From Longimicrobiales bacterium (GTDB lineage: Bacteria; Gemmatimonadota; Gemmatimonadetes; Longimicrobiales; Gaopeijiaceae), in assembly GCA_965226375.1 (NCBI GenBank), contig CBDDCX010000008.1, forward strand, positions 384,001 through 448,000: a DNA stretch of 64,000 nucleotides. The letters run 5' to 3'. A model generated the notes under the pieces. That model ran no database searches. It saw nothing but the letters and a program-made list of their open reading frames with translations, and was not told the origin of the DNA. Of the stretch, positions 50,616 through 59,924 are shown piece after piece. The position numbers and the translations under genes were made by a program. Every line of letters starts with the position of its first letter. The stretch's first letter is position 1.

Positions 50616-53033
50616 TCACGTGATGGGCTGTCTCTTTTTCAGGATGAAGAGTCCCTCGAAGCGACTGCTGACGATGATGTTGCCACTAGGGAAGTACGGA
50701 TAGTTGCTCCACGACCCCCCCGTTCCGGACCCGTTGTCCCCGTGGGGCACGGTGTCGAAGAAGCCCACCTCGACCGGATTCTCCGGATCACTGATATCGA
50801 GCACTCGCATGCCCGCACGGTTGTTGGACTGGTACAGGAGGTTGCCCAGGACGTACATGTTGTGATCCGTGGATTCGTGCGTGCCGAAGAACTCCTTGGC
50901 GAGCTGCGGATCGTCCAGGTCCGAGATGTCCCAGACCAGAGTGCGCGTCTTGCGTCCGTCCCCTTCGTCCAGCTCGTCTCCCTGGAAGAAGTACTGATGG
51001 TCCTCGGAGAGCCAGCCCTGGTGCGTATAAGCCACGTCAGGGTAGGTCGCGAGCCCCAGGGCCTCCGTGTTGGCCGGATCCGTCACGTCAGCGATACTGA
51101 AGGCCGTCTCGTTGGATCCGAAACAGATCTGCTTGCCCTCATGCTCCTCGTCGGGCCCGTGATAGGTCACGCACTGAGCGTCATGGGTGTAGCCGGTGCC
51201 GTTGCGGCCGGTGCCGGGCTGTGAGAAGCAGCCCGCGAACGTCGGGCTCGCGGGCTCCTTGAGATCGATGATGTGGATCCCCCCGCCACACGTTTCCCCG
51301 CCGGAGCTGTTCCCTACGCTGTAACCGAAGCCCGTATCTTCGTTGATGGCGATGTTGTGCACGCTGGCCACGCCGTCGTAGTGCGCGGTCTCCTCGAAGG
51401 TGACGGGGTCGGTCACGTCGCGAAGCTGTGTCAGGTCGAAGATCTGAATGCCGTGCAGGCCCGAGCCGTCGGCCACGATGTAGGCGTGGTTCTTGTAGAC
51501 CTTGATGTCCCTCCACGAGGCGAGGGGTGATCCCTCGGTCCTCCAGAGCTGACCCAGGTAGCGCGGTTGGAGCGCATCGGTCACGTCAACGAACGAAGTG
51601 CCATCCCGCCGACCCACGAGAGCGTACTCCCGCCCCGTGTCCGGATCCGTCCATCCCCAGAGATCGTTTACGTTGACCCCTCGCGGGACACCCATGTCGC
51701 CGACCGGGAGGAAGGACACCAAGTCGTAGTCGGAGCAAGCGAAGGCGGTAGCCGCGCCTTCGGCGCAGTCGACCTGGCCTCCCAGGACCGCCGCGTACTG
51801 CTCCATCTCCGACACGACGACATCGGCCGCCTGCCAACCCCGGTCACCACGTTCGAAGATCGTGGCCGTACCCGCCCCGAGGTCTGCGCCCACGACTCCG
51901 ACCACGGCCACGTCGCCTGCCACGGCCAGGGCCGAGGCGAACCCGTCACCCGACTGGGGATCGTCGTTCGACACCTTTGCGGCTCCGGCCCACCCCCTGG
52001 TCCCACCGGAGAAGACGTAAGCCACGCCCTGTCGATTATCGGCTCGCGGCGAGCCGACCCACACCTCACCCCCATCCAGGGCGATGGTCGAGCCGAACGC
52101 GTCTTGCTGGAACCCGTCGAAGGCGACCAGCTGACCCGTGGGCCTCCACTCGCCGTTCCCATCCACTTGGAAGGTGAAGACGGCGCCTTCGGCCTGGTTG
52201 TGGCCGGGGGCGGACACGACAGCTAAATCGCCCTCCATGCTCAGCGACGCTCCGAAGGAGTCGTCGCCGGCGAGACCCTGAGTCGCCAGGGTCCCCTCCA
52301 GCTGCCAACCACCACCGTCCTCACGGAAGGAGTAGACGGCTCCGGTTCCGCTCGCTAGAGGTGCTCCCACCAGGAGCCGGCCGGACTGCACGGACATGCT
52401 GGCACCGAAGGCGCCGTCGCCTTCACCGGCGGTCAGCCGGCCCTGATCGGTCCAGGCATCGCCTGAGCCGCCGAATACATAGACGGCTCCTCGTCCGGTG
52501 GACTGTGGAGCCGGGTTGCCCCGCCCGCCCCCGGCCGACAAAGCCGGTGCTCCGACAAAGGCTATGCCTTCGCCCAACGCGAGGGAGCTTCCGTACGCGG
52601 CATCGGTGTCCACGTCGACGACTGGGAGACGACCGACCTCTGCCCAACTTCCCGGGGCCGACCGCTCGAACACATAAACCACGGCCGGGCCTCCCACCTG
52701 CGGATGAGGCCGAGTGCTCAGGAGCATGGTCCCACTGTCCACAGCGATCGCGGTGCCGAAGCCGTCGCCTCCGAACCCGTCCGAGGCCTCGAGGCGGTTA
52801 ACCTCGGCCCAACCACCCGCACCCCTTCGGTAGATGTACACAAAGCCGGGACCGATCAAGTTGCCGGCCTCGCCTACAAATACGTCGCCATCACTCACGG
52901 CAACGGCGCCGCCGTATCCGGGCGCCGCACCGGCAGCTTGGGTTCCACCCGCCATCGACTGCCCCGACACGGGCACCGTCCCCCACACGAGAGCGATGAT
53001 CATCGCCACCAACCCATAGCCAGTCCGTCTCAT
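50616..53033 (-). CDS. Choice-of-anchor B family protein with N-terminal FG-GAP-like repeats
   Basis: FG.(S/A)....G...VGAP repeats; NDLWGWTD, WRDIKVY, HNI, HDAQC, HQGW, HN and WSNYPYFPSG motifs. Confidence 0.88.
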   Translation of the reverse strand: MRRTGYGLVAMIIALVWGTVPVSGQSMAGGTQAAGAAPGYGGAVAVSDGDVFVGEAGNLIGPGFVYIYRRGAGGWAEVNRLEASDGFGGDGFGTAIAVDSGTMLLSTRPHPQVGGPAVVYVFERSAPGSWAEVGRLPVVDVDTDAAYGSSLALGEGIAFVGAPALSAGGGRGNPAPQSTGRGAVYVFGGSGDAWTDQGRLTAGEGDGAFGASMSVQSGRLLVGAPLASGTGAVYSFREDGGGWQLEGTLATQGLAGDDSFGASLSMEGDLAVVSAPGHNQAEGAVFTFQVDGNGEWRPTGQLVAFDGFQQDAFGSTIALDGGEVWVGSPRADNRQGVAYVFSGGTRGWAGAAKVSNDDPQSGDGFASALAVAGDVAVVGVVGADLGAGTATIFERGDRGWQAADVVVSEMEQYAAVLGGQVDCAEGAATAFACSDYDLVSFLPVGDMGVPRGVNVNDLWGWTDPDTGREYALVGRRDGTSFVDVTDALQPRYLGQLWRTEGSPLASWRDIKVYKNHAYIVADGSGLHGIQIFDLTQLRDVTDPVTFEETAHYDGVASVHNIAINEDTGFGYSVGNSSGGETCGGGIHIIDLKEPASPTFAGCFSQPGTGRNGTGYTHDAQCVTYHGPDEEHEGKQICFGSNETAFSIADVTDPANTEALGLATYPDVAYTHQGWLSEDHQYFFQGDELDEGDGRKTRTLVWDISDLDDPQLAKEFFGTHESTDHNMYVLGNLLYQSNNRAGMRVLDISDPENPVEVGFFDTVPHGDNGSGTGGSWSNYPYFPSGNIIVSSRFEGLFILKKRQPIT

Positions 53034-53113
53034 GAGATCCCCTCACATCAGAAAGAAATGTCGCATTCGACCGATTCGCCCCGTTCGGGCACGGTCGTCC
53101 CTCATCTTTCGGT

Positions 53114-53564
53114 CTATAAATCGCCTGGCAACCTCGGTGAAGCCAGAAGCTGCATGAAGTGCGTCCATCGATCGTCCTGAGAGCGAACGTCTCCGTCACC
53201 GTCTACGAAGGCTCGCACAACATCCTTGCCGAGGTTGTAGTTGATCACATAGCTGCGATACTGATCCACGAATCGCATCCGCTGTCTGGCGCCGGCCGGG
53301 CTGTACATGGCGAATTGCTGCAGCCAATCGACGGCTCCGTCAACGTCGACCTTGTTCGGTGACCTGCTCGCGCCACTCTGCCGGCCCGTAGAAGGCGTCG
53401 ACGTAGTCTGCATCGTGCTCACCCACCGCAAGGACGAGCCGGACGTACGATTCCGCTATCGTGTCCATCTGGTTGGTGCCTTCAAGTTCGCTCGTATCCG
53501 GGGCGCATGCCGCGCCGGCTGCTACGAACACGAGCGCGAGCGCCAAGGTCTGATGCCGCCTCAC
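53114..53564 (-). pseudogene. Lipoprotein gene remnant: N- and C-terminal parts joined out of frame, apparent internal deletion near 53350
   Basis: Signal peptide/lipobox plus AESYVRLVLAVGEHD.DYVDAFYGP, then RFVDQYRSYVINYNLG...LLASPRLP in another frame. Confidence 0.65.
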
Positions 53565-53699
53565 CTATGACTCCAATCCGGTATCCGATTGCCTGTTTGG
53601 ATTCTACTCCCGCCCGGGCGGGGAGCAAGGACGTGGCCCGCTCCCGTCGACCCTCCTAGCTTGCCAGGAACGCTCCACGCGAACCGGAGAGATATACGG

Positions 53700-55103
53700 A
53701 TGACTCGCTTCTTATTGTCGTTCCTCGGCCTGGTGGTCGTGCTGGTCCTGACGCCGGCCGGCGCGATTGCCCAAGGTACGCCTCCCACCGAGGACCTGAA
53801 TATTCCCGGAGCCAAGGAGAGGCAGGAGATCCGGTCCGACCTGATCGCGAAGCGTCTCGACACGGTTCTCCTCGACGCCATGCGCAAGCACGACATCGAC
53901 GCGTGGCTCACCTTCAGCCGGGAGCACAATCTCGATCCCATGCTCTCCGAGATCGGCGGCGGATGGGGTGGCGTGCGGAACGCGTACATCTTCTTCGACC
54001 GCGGCGGTGACACACCCGAGAAGATCTTCATCGGATCCCATCAGCTCAGGGACCAGACCATTCCCGACAGCTACGACGAGCACATCTACTACGGCTACAC
54101 GCCCGAGGGCATCCGACCCCACCTGCGCAGCGTGATGGAGGAACGTGACCCGCAGCGTATCGGGATCAACGTGTCTCCCACGCTTCCCATGGCGGACGGT
54201 CTGACCTGGACGCTCCGGAACTTCCTCGAGGAGAGCCTGGGGCCGGTGTTATCCAGCCGCCTGGTCTCCGCCGAGCTCTTGGTCAGGGATTTCCGGACCA
54301 ACCACATCCCCGACGAATGGCCGGTCTTCAGCGCTCTGTGCGAGTGGACGGTGGCTTGGGAGTCGGAGGCCTTCTCCGATCATGTCATCACCGTGGGTGA
54401 GACGACCATGGAGGACATCCACTGGTGGATGCGGCAGCGAACGCTAGAGCTCGGCTTGACCAACGAGTTCCTGCCGGGAGTCCGGATCAATCGAATGGGG
54501 GTCAACCTTCCCACCAATTCTCCGGATCACACGGTGGAACCGGGGGACGTCTTGTCGGTGGACGCAGGACTAGCCTTTCTCGACTTCCGGACGGACATCA
54601 AGCGTTCGGCGTACGTGCTGAGGCCCGGTGAAACGGAGCCGCCGGAGAGCATCCGGAAAGCGTTCGACGACGCCAAGCGTGTAACCGACCGCATGACCTC
54701 GAAGTGGAGGCCCGGCGCGATCGCGTACCAGGTGTTCGAAGAGACCATGGGCGAGCTGGCGGAGGAGGGTTATGCGACCGGCATCGCTACGGGCGGAGCG
54801 CAACGCCCGACGCAGATGTCGGCCGAGGTGGGCATCTACTCCCACTCGGTGGGTAATTCCACCCACGATATCGGGGCTCGCGTGGCCGTGAACGCTCCAT
54901 TCGCCTACGGCGATCGCGTCCGATACGCCCTGGCCCAGAACGCCTGGTACTCGGTTGAGCTCCACGTGAGCACACCGATCCCGGAATGGGATGGGTTGGC
55001 ACTCCAGGTCATGATCGAAGAGAACGCGGAACTGACGGCGAACGGGGTTCGCTACTGTGCTCCGAGACAGGAGGAATTGCTGATCGTTCGTGGGGGCGCA
55101 TAG
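53700..55103 (+). CDS. M24 family metallopeptidase, secreted
   Basis: SVDAG, TDIKR, YSHSVG..THD, SVE and IEE motifs; signal peptide. Confidence 0.88.
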   Translation: MTRFLLSFLGLVVVLVLTPAGAIAQGTPPTEDLNIPGAKERQEIRSDLIAKRLDTVLLDAMRKHDIDAWLTFSREHNLDPMLSEIGGGWGGVRNAYIFFDRGGDTPEKIFIGSHQLRDQTIPDSYDEHIYYGYTPEGIRPHLRSVMEERDPQRIGINVSPTLPMADGLTWTLRNFLEESLGPVLSSRLVSAELLVRDFRTNHIPDEWPVFSALCEWTVAWESEAFSDHVITVGETTMEDIHWWMRQRTLELGLTNEFLPGVRINRMGVNLPTNSPDHTVEPGDVLSVDAGLAFLDFRTDIKRSAYVLRPGETEPPESIRKAFDDAKRVTDRMTSKWRPGAIAYQVFEETMGELAEEGYATGIATGGAQRPTQMSAEVGIYSHSVGNSTHDIGARVAVNAPFAYGDRVRYALAQNAWYSVELHVSTPIPEWDGLALQVMIEENAELTANGVRYCAPRQEELLIVRGGA

Positions 55104-55214
55104 CGGGCGGCGGACAGCCGGTCGGTTGACTGGCCCGCTCCCGGGCGGCCCAATAGCTTCTGCCCGCCCGAATCCAAGGCCTCGATCGCACCCCTGGCGT
55201 CCGGAGTCCACGCA

Positions 55215-56540
55215 ATGAGCTCAGAGTCCACCCAGTCCCTGACCCGCGTTCTCCGCATCCGGGACGGCTTGGCCGTCACCGTCGGGATCGTCATCGGTGC
55301 CGGTATTCTCCGGACGCCGGGGCTCATCGCGGAGTACCTGGGAGATCCCTGGTTCATCCTGGGCGTCTGGGTCCTGGGGGGAGTGGTGGCGGGGCTCAGC
55401 ACCCTGTTGCTCGCCGAGATGTCGGCGTCGATCCCCGAGGCCGGCGGCAAGTTCGTCTATGCCCGGGAGGCGTGGGGTCCGGTCATGGGCTTCGTGGCGG
55501 GGTGGTCCGAGCTTCTGGTCACGCGTGGATTCTCGGGCGCCTCGAAGGCCGTCGTGATCGCCGAGTACATCCGGATCCTGGCGGGGCGGGGCAACATATC
55601 CATCTTGGCGGGAGGCGTGGCACTCGCGTTCTTTTTTCTTCACACCCGAGGCTTGAAGACCAGCACGGTCTTCCAGAACGTCACCACCGCCATCAAGGTG
55701 CTGGTCGTGTTCCTCATCGCGGTGGCGGGCATCTGGGCCGGAGACATGGTCGGATTCACCGCCGCCCCGTTGAGTGTCGAGGGGTCGAGGCTGCTCGGCT
55801 TCGCCCTCGCGTACCAGGCCGTCGCGTTCGCGTACTACGGTTGGGAGGATGCCGCGAAGATGGCGGAAGAGGTCAAGGACCCCGGCCGATCGCTCCCCAA
55901 GATCCTTCTGGGGGGGGCCGTGGCGGTCGCCTGCCTGTACTTGCTCATGAACGTGGCGTTCCTTTCCGCGCTCACCCCCGCTGAGATGGCCGGCTCTGAG
56001 CTCGTGGCCCAGGATGCCATCGCCGGCGTGTTCGGAAGTGCGGCGGGAACAGTGGTCGTTCTGGCCAGCCTCCTGATCCTGATGAGCAGCATCAACGTGA
56101 ACTTTCTGGGGATGCCTCGGGTGGCCTACGGATTGGCAAAGCACGGCCTGGCGTTCAAATCACTCGCGAAGGTGGATGGGCGGGGAACGCCGCGGAACGC
56201 CCTTTACTTCATATCGGCGTGGATCGGCATCCTGGCCGTTTCCGGCCAGTTCGAGTTGCTAATCCGGTTCATGATGATGGTGGCCATCACCGTCGACACG
56301 ATGGTGCTGTTGGGCTACTTCCGCCTGCGCAGCAAGCTCCCGGACCTCGAGCGTCCGTTCCGTGTGCCGGGGCATCCCTGGATTCCTGGTCTCACGGTGG
56401 TGCTCTACGTGGCGATCTTGGCCATCTTGATAAAATCTCAGCCGGCGTTGACGGTGGGTGCGGGGGCGATGCTGACGGCGCTTGTGGTGGCGGGCTGGTT
56501 TACGGTGCGGAGGAACAAGGCCGTCGCACGTATGTCTTGA
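55215..56540 (+). CDS. APC family amino-acid permease
   Basis: VG.VIGAGI..TP, P.AGG, FAYYGW...AEEVKDP and RPFRVPG.P motifs. Confidence 0.93.
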   Translation: MSSESTQSLTRVLRIRDGLAVTVGIVIGAGILRTPGLIAEYLGDPWFILGVWVLGGVVAGLSTLLLAEMSASIPEAGGKFVYAREAWGPVMGFVAGWSELLVTRGFSGASKAVVIAEYIRILAGRGNISILAGGVALAFFFLHTRGLKTSTVFQNVTTAIKVLVVFLIAVAGIWAGDMVGFTAAPLSVEGSRLLGFALAYQAVAFAYYGWEDAAKMAEEVKDPGRSLPKILLGGAVAVACLYLLMNVAFLSALTPAEMAGSELVAQDAIAGVFGSAAGTVVVLASLLILMSSINVNFLGMPRVAYGLAKHGLAFKSLAKVDGRGTPRNALYFISAWIGILAVSGQFELLIRFMMMVAITVDTMVLLGYFRLRSKLPDLERPFRVPGHPWIPGLTVVLYVAILAILIKSQPALTVGAGAMLTALVVAGWFTVRRNKAVARMS

Positions 56541-56670
56541 ATCGGATCATACGTATGGCATGGGTGGACTTGGGACCCGGTTCGGGCGGCCAGAGCGACC
56601 CGAGCAGCGGGCTCGCTGGCACCCTCGGATCGAAATCACGTTGACGAAATCACTTTGAAACGAGCGGATC

Positions 56671-58419
56671 GTGAGATCCATCTTACTCAGGAGACAAGAC
56701 GTGCTTAGACGCTGGAGCTCAAATATCCGCACTGCGGTGACCCAGGGTGGAATCAGGGGGATCGCAACCACCGCGATTCTTGTCACCACTCTGGGCGCAT
56801 CCGGTGCGGTGGACACGTATCCGCGGCAGTGGGGGATCGACGCTCTCAACTACGCGTTTAGCGTGACGTTCAGCGACGACACCGATCGCATCGAGGGTGA
56901 GACCACCATCGAATTCAGGTTCGTCGAGGATGGCGTGGGGGAGTTCGCTCTCGACCTCATCTCGGCCTCAGCGGACCTCGACGGCAAAGGCATGACGGTG
57001 TCGGGGGTCACATCGGGGGGGGCTTCACTCCAGTGGACCCACGAGAACGATCGCCTCCGCGTCACGCTCAATGCGTCTCCGGCGCGCGGAGAGCGGCGCA
57101 AGTTCACGGTGAGCTACGGGGGCGTTGCCGCCGACGGGCTCAAGATCGGTCCGAACCGTCATGGCGAGCGGACGTTTTTCAGCGTCAACTGGCCCAACAA
57201 GGCGCGGCAGTGGCTTCCGATGATCGACCACCCCTACGACAAGGCCACCAGCGAGTTCCTCGTCACGGCGCCCTCCCACTATCAGGTGGTGGCGAACGGG
57301 CTTCTCCGTGAAGAGACCGACCTCAGCGACGGCCGGCGCATGACACACTGGAAGCAGTCGGTACCCATCGCATCGTGGCTCAACGCGGTGGGTGTCGCTC
57401 GCTTCACGTCGCGCACTTTTGGGGAGGTAGACGGCATTCCGCTTCAGACGTGGGTGTTCCCACAGGATCGTGAGTTGGGAATCACCACGTTCGAAGTGCC
57501 CGTACGCCAGGCCATCGAGTTCTTCAACTCACACATCGGGCCGTATACCTACGAGAAGCTCGGCAACGTTCAGGCGGCGGGCATGGGCGGGGGAATGGAG
57601 CACGCGAGCGCCATCTTCTACGGAGAGCGCTCGATCACGGACCGCCCCGCCACCGGGCTGGTGGCCCACGAAATCGCCCACCAGTGGTTCGGCAACGCCG
57701 TCACCGAGAGCGATTGGGACGACGCGTGGTTGAGCGAGGGGTTCGCGACCTACTTCACTCACCTCACCAGGGAGCACTACGAGGGTAGAGACGTGTTCAT
57801 TGCGGGCCTGGTGCGCGACAAGGACCGCATCGCCCAGACGGAGGAGCGCCTTCCGGGTGCCACGATCGTCCACGACAACCTGGACGACATGAGCCGAGTG
57901 TTGAGCTCGCTCCAATCCCAGAAGGGCGGATGGGTGCTCCATATGCTTCGTGGGCAGATCGGCACGGACAACTTCTGGGCGGGGATCCGCGACTACTACG
58001 CGACCTACCGCGATTCGAACGCATCCAGCGCCTACCTGCAGCGCGTCATGGAGGAGGTGTCCGGCCAAGAGCTCTCCTGGTTCTTCGACCAGTGGCTCCA
58101 TCGTGCTCCCACACCCGTAGTCGAAGGCCGCTGGAGCTACGATGCCGCCGCGCAGAGTGTCGTGATCGAGCTGACGCAGGCGCAAGACAGTGAGCCGTAC
58201 AGGTTGCCCTTCGAAGTGGAGATCACGGGGGACTGGGAGCCGGATGAGCCGGAGGATCCGCGCGATCGTCGTCGCGGAGATATCGTGCCACCGCTGGAGC
58301 ACATCGAGATGACGGCGGCGAGTCAGCGCTTCGAGATTCCCGTAAAGGGTCGGCCGGACACGGTCGTGCTCGATCCCAACACGTGGGTTCTCATGCACGT
58401 CACCTTCGATCAGCGGTAG
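56671..58419 (+). CDS. M1 family aminopeptidase
   Basis: GGMEH and HEIAHQWFG...WLSEGFA motifs; start uncertain. Confidence 0.92.
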   Translation: MRSILLRRQDVLRRWSSNIRTAVTQGGIRGIATTAILVTTLGASGAVDTYPRQWGIDALNYAFSVTFSDDTDRIEGETTIEFRFVEDGVGEFALDLISASADLDGKGMTVSGVTSGGASLQWTHENDRLRVTLNASPARGERRKFTVSYGGVAADGLKIGPNRHGERTFFSVNWPNKARQWLPMIDHPYDKATSEFLVTAPSHYQVVANGLLREETDLSDGRRMTHWKQSVPIASWLNAVGVARFTSRTFGEVDGIPLQTWVFPQDRELGITTFEVPVRQAIEFFNSHIGPYTYEKLGNVQAAGMGGGMEHASAIFYGERSITDRPATGLVAHEIAHQWFGNAVTESDWDDAWLSEGFATYFTHLTREHYEGRDVFIAGLVRDKDRIAQTEERLPGATIVHDNLDDMSRVLSSLQSQKGGWVLHMLRGQIGTDNFWAGIRDYYATYRDSNASSAYLQRVMEEVSGQELSWFFDQWLHRAPTPVVEGRWSYDAAAQSVVIELTQAQDSEPYRLPFEVEITGDWEPDEPEDPRDRRRGDIVPPLEHIEMTAASQRFEIPVKGRPDTVVLDPNTWVLMHVTFDQR

Positions 58420-58437
58420 TCGGAGCCAGACAAGCGG

Positions 58438-58487
58438 GACAAAAAGCGGGCCGACCCCGAACCTACCAGGGTCGGCCCGATTTCTTT
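58438..58487. terminator. Probable bidirectional intrinsic terminator between convergent genes
   Basis: 11-bp stem CGGGCCGACCC/GGGTCGGCCCG flanked by AAAAA and TTTCTTT. Confidence 0.75.
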
Positions 58488-58504
58488 CCGGGGGGTTTGC
58501 TACC

Positions 58505-59836
58505 TCAACTGATGGGCCGGGACATCGCCCCCGCGGGCCCGTTGTCCCAGTCCTGCACGCTGGAGATGTTGGGCATTCCCCAGTCCTCGCCGTTCCAACC
58601 CGAGAAGCCGTTCATCTTGAAGGCCCAGAGTCCGCTGAACCCACTGGTGACGATCAGGCCGTCGGCGTTACGTACGTCCACACCGAAGGTGCCGCCCGTG
58701 CCACCGGCACCCGGGATGTCCGGCATCTCGTAGGTATCGTAGTAGCCCACGGTATACGGATTGGTCGGATCCATCATGTTGAAGACCTGCAGTCCGTCCC
58801 GGTAGCCGGACACGAAGACGTAGGGCCAGCGCACCTCGTGGTTGTGCACAAGGTTCTGCCATTTCGCGGTCCAGGCTCCGATCGCCCGGTTGATCGTGGG
58901 CACGTCTCCGTCCAGGCCCGGCTTGAGATCGAAGATCAGGAGCGGCGCGTTCACGTACTCCATCTCACCGACGGCGTACCGTCCATCGGGAGAGGGGGTG
59001 AACGTGTGCGCGATGTCCACGCCGGCGAAGTTGGTCACCGAGGTGAGGAGTTCGGGCTCATCGATATTGGTGACGTCGAAGACGTAATAACCGTTGAGTC
59101 CGGAACCGTAGAACTTGTCTTGCCCCGTCGCCGGATCGAAGGCCACGTAGTAGTCGTGATATCCCCTCCAGCGATACTCCTCCGGTGTGGGGCGGGGAAC
59201 CTCTGCCACCCGAGCCTCCTCGGAGTCGGCTCCCGCCACGACCATATCCATGTCGTAAACGAATGCGGACGTCGCACTGAGCAGAGCACCGTACAGCAGG
59301 ATCTGCCCGTTGGAGTGCTTGTACGCGAAGATGTTGTGGAACCCGCCGGGAACGAGCGGCTCCGTGATGCGAGCGACTTCGCGGACCTGCGTGGGATCGG
59401 GCAAGCCCGTCACGTCGAAGACGATGGCCCCGAGATCATAGTCCGGGCCCGACTGCCGGAATTGAAACGACTGTACGTAGTAGTAACGCCCGTTCGACTT
59501 GAAGTACTTCCCGTCAAGAGCGCTGCCTTGATGCAGCTCCGGGTTCTCGATCTGCCAGGTGTAGATCTTCTCGGGATTGTCCGGGTCCTCGAAACTGAAG
59601 ATGTCGAAGCTAGCCTCCCCGCCTCTGCTCAGGTACACGTAGGGCCGGTCCATGTCCTGTTCCATCTCGATGTCGGCGGCTCGCCCGGGTACGTGAGCGA
59701 GAATCTCGATGTTCGAGCTGCCCTGCTCGCCCGGAGCGGGATGGTACTGTTGTGCCTGGACGGACAACGGGCCCAGCGTCGCGAACAAACCCCCGAAGAG
59801 GGTAGCGGTCTCCCAGAGTCTCCACCCTTTACTCAT
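58505..59836 (-). CDS. Secreted LVIVD-repeat-like beta-propeller protein (paralogue 4)
   Basis: GGFHN, GYHD, AHTF and HNHE motifs; WNGEDWGMPNISS tail. Confidence 0.85.
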   Translation of the reverse strand: MSKGWRLWETATLFGGLFATLGPLSVQAQQYHPAPGEQGSSNIEILAHVPGRAADIEMEQDMDRPYVYLSRGGEASFDIFSFEDPDNPEKIYTWQIENPELHQGSALDGKYFKSNGRYYYVQSFQFRQSGPDYDLGAIVFDVTGLPDPTQVREVARITEPLVPGGFHNIFAYKHSNGQILLYGALLSATSAFVYDMDMVVAGADSEEARVAEVPRPTPEEYRWRGYHDYYVAFDPATGQDKFYGSGLNGYYVFDVTNIDEPELLTSVTNFAGVDIAHTFTPSPDGRYAVGEMEYVNAPLLIFDLKPGLDGDVPTINRAIGAWTAKWQNLVHNHEVRWPYVFVSGYRDGLQVFNMMDPTNPYTVGYYDTYEMPDIPGAGGTGGTFGVDVRNADGLIVTSGFSGLWAFKMNGFSGWNGEDWGMPNISSVQDWDNGPAGAMSRPIS

Positions 59837-59924
59837 CTCTTCCTCCGATAATCGCTGAAGAGGGTGACCCTGCGTCCCCCTCGTGATGCGGCCGAAATCG
59901 TCGCTCGGTCACCCGATTCACGGT

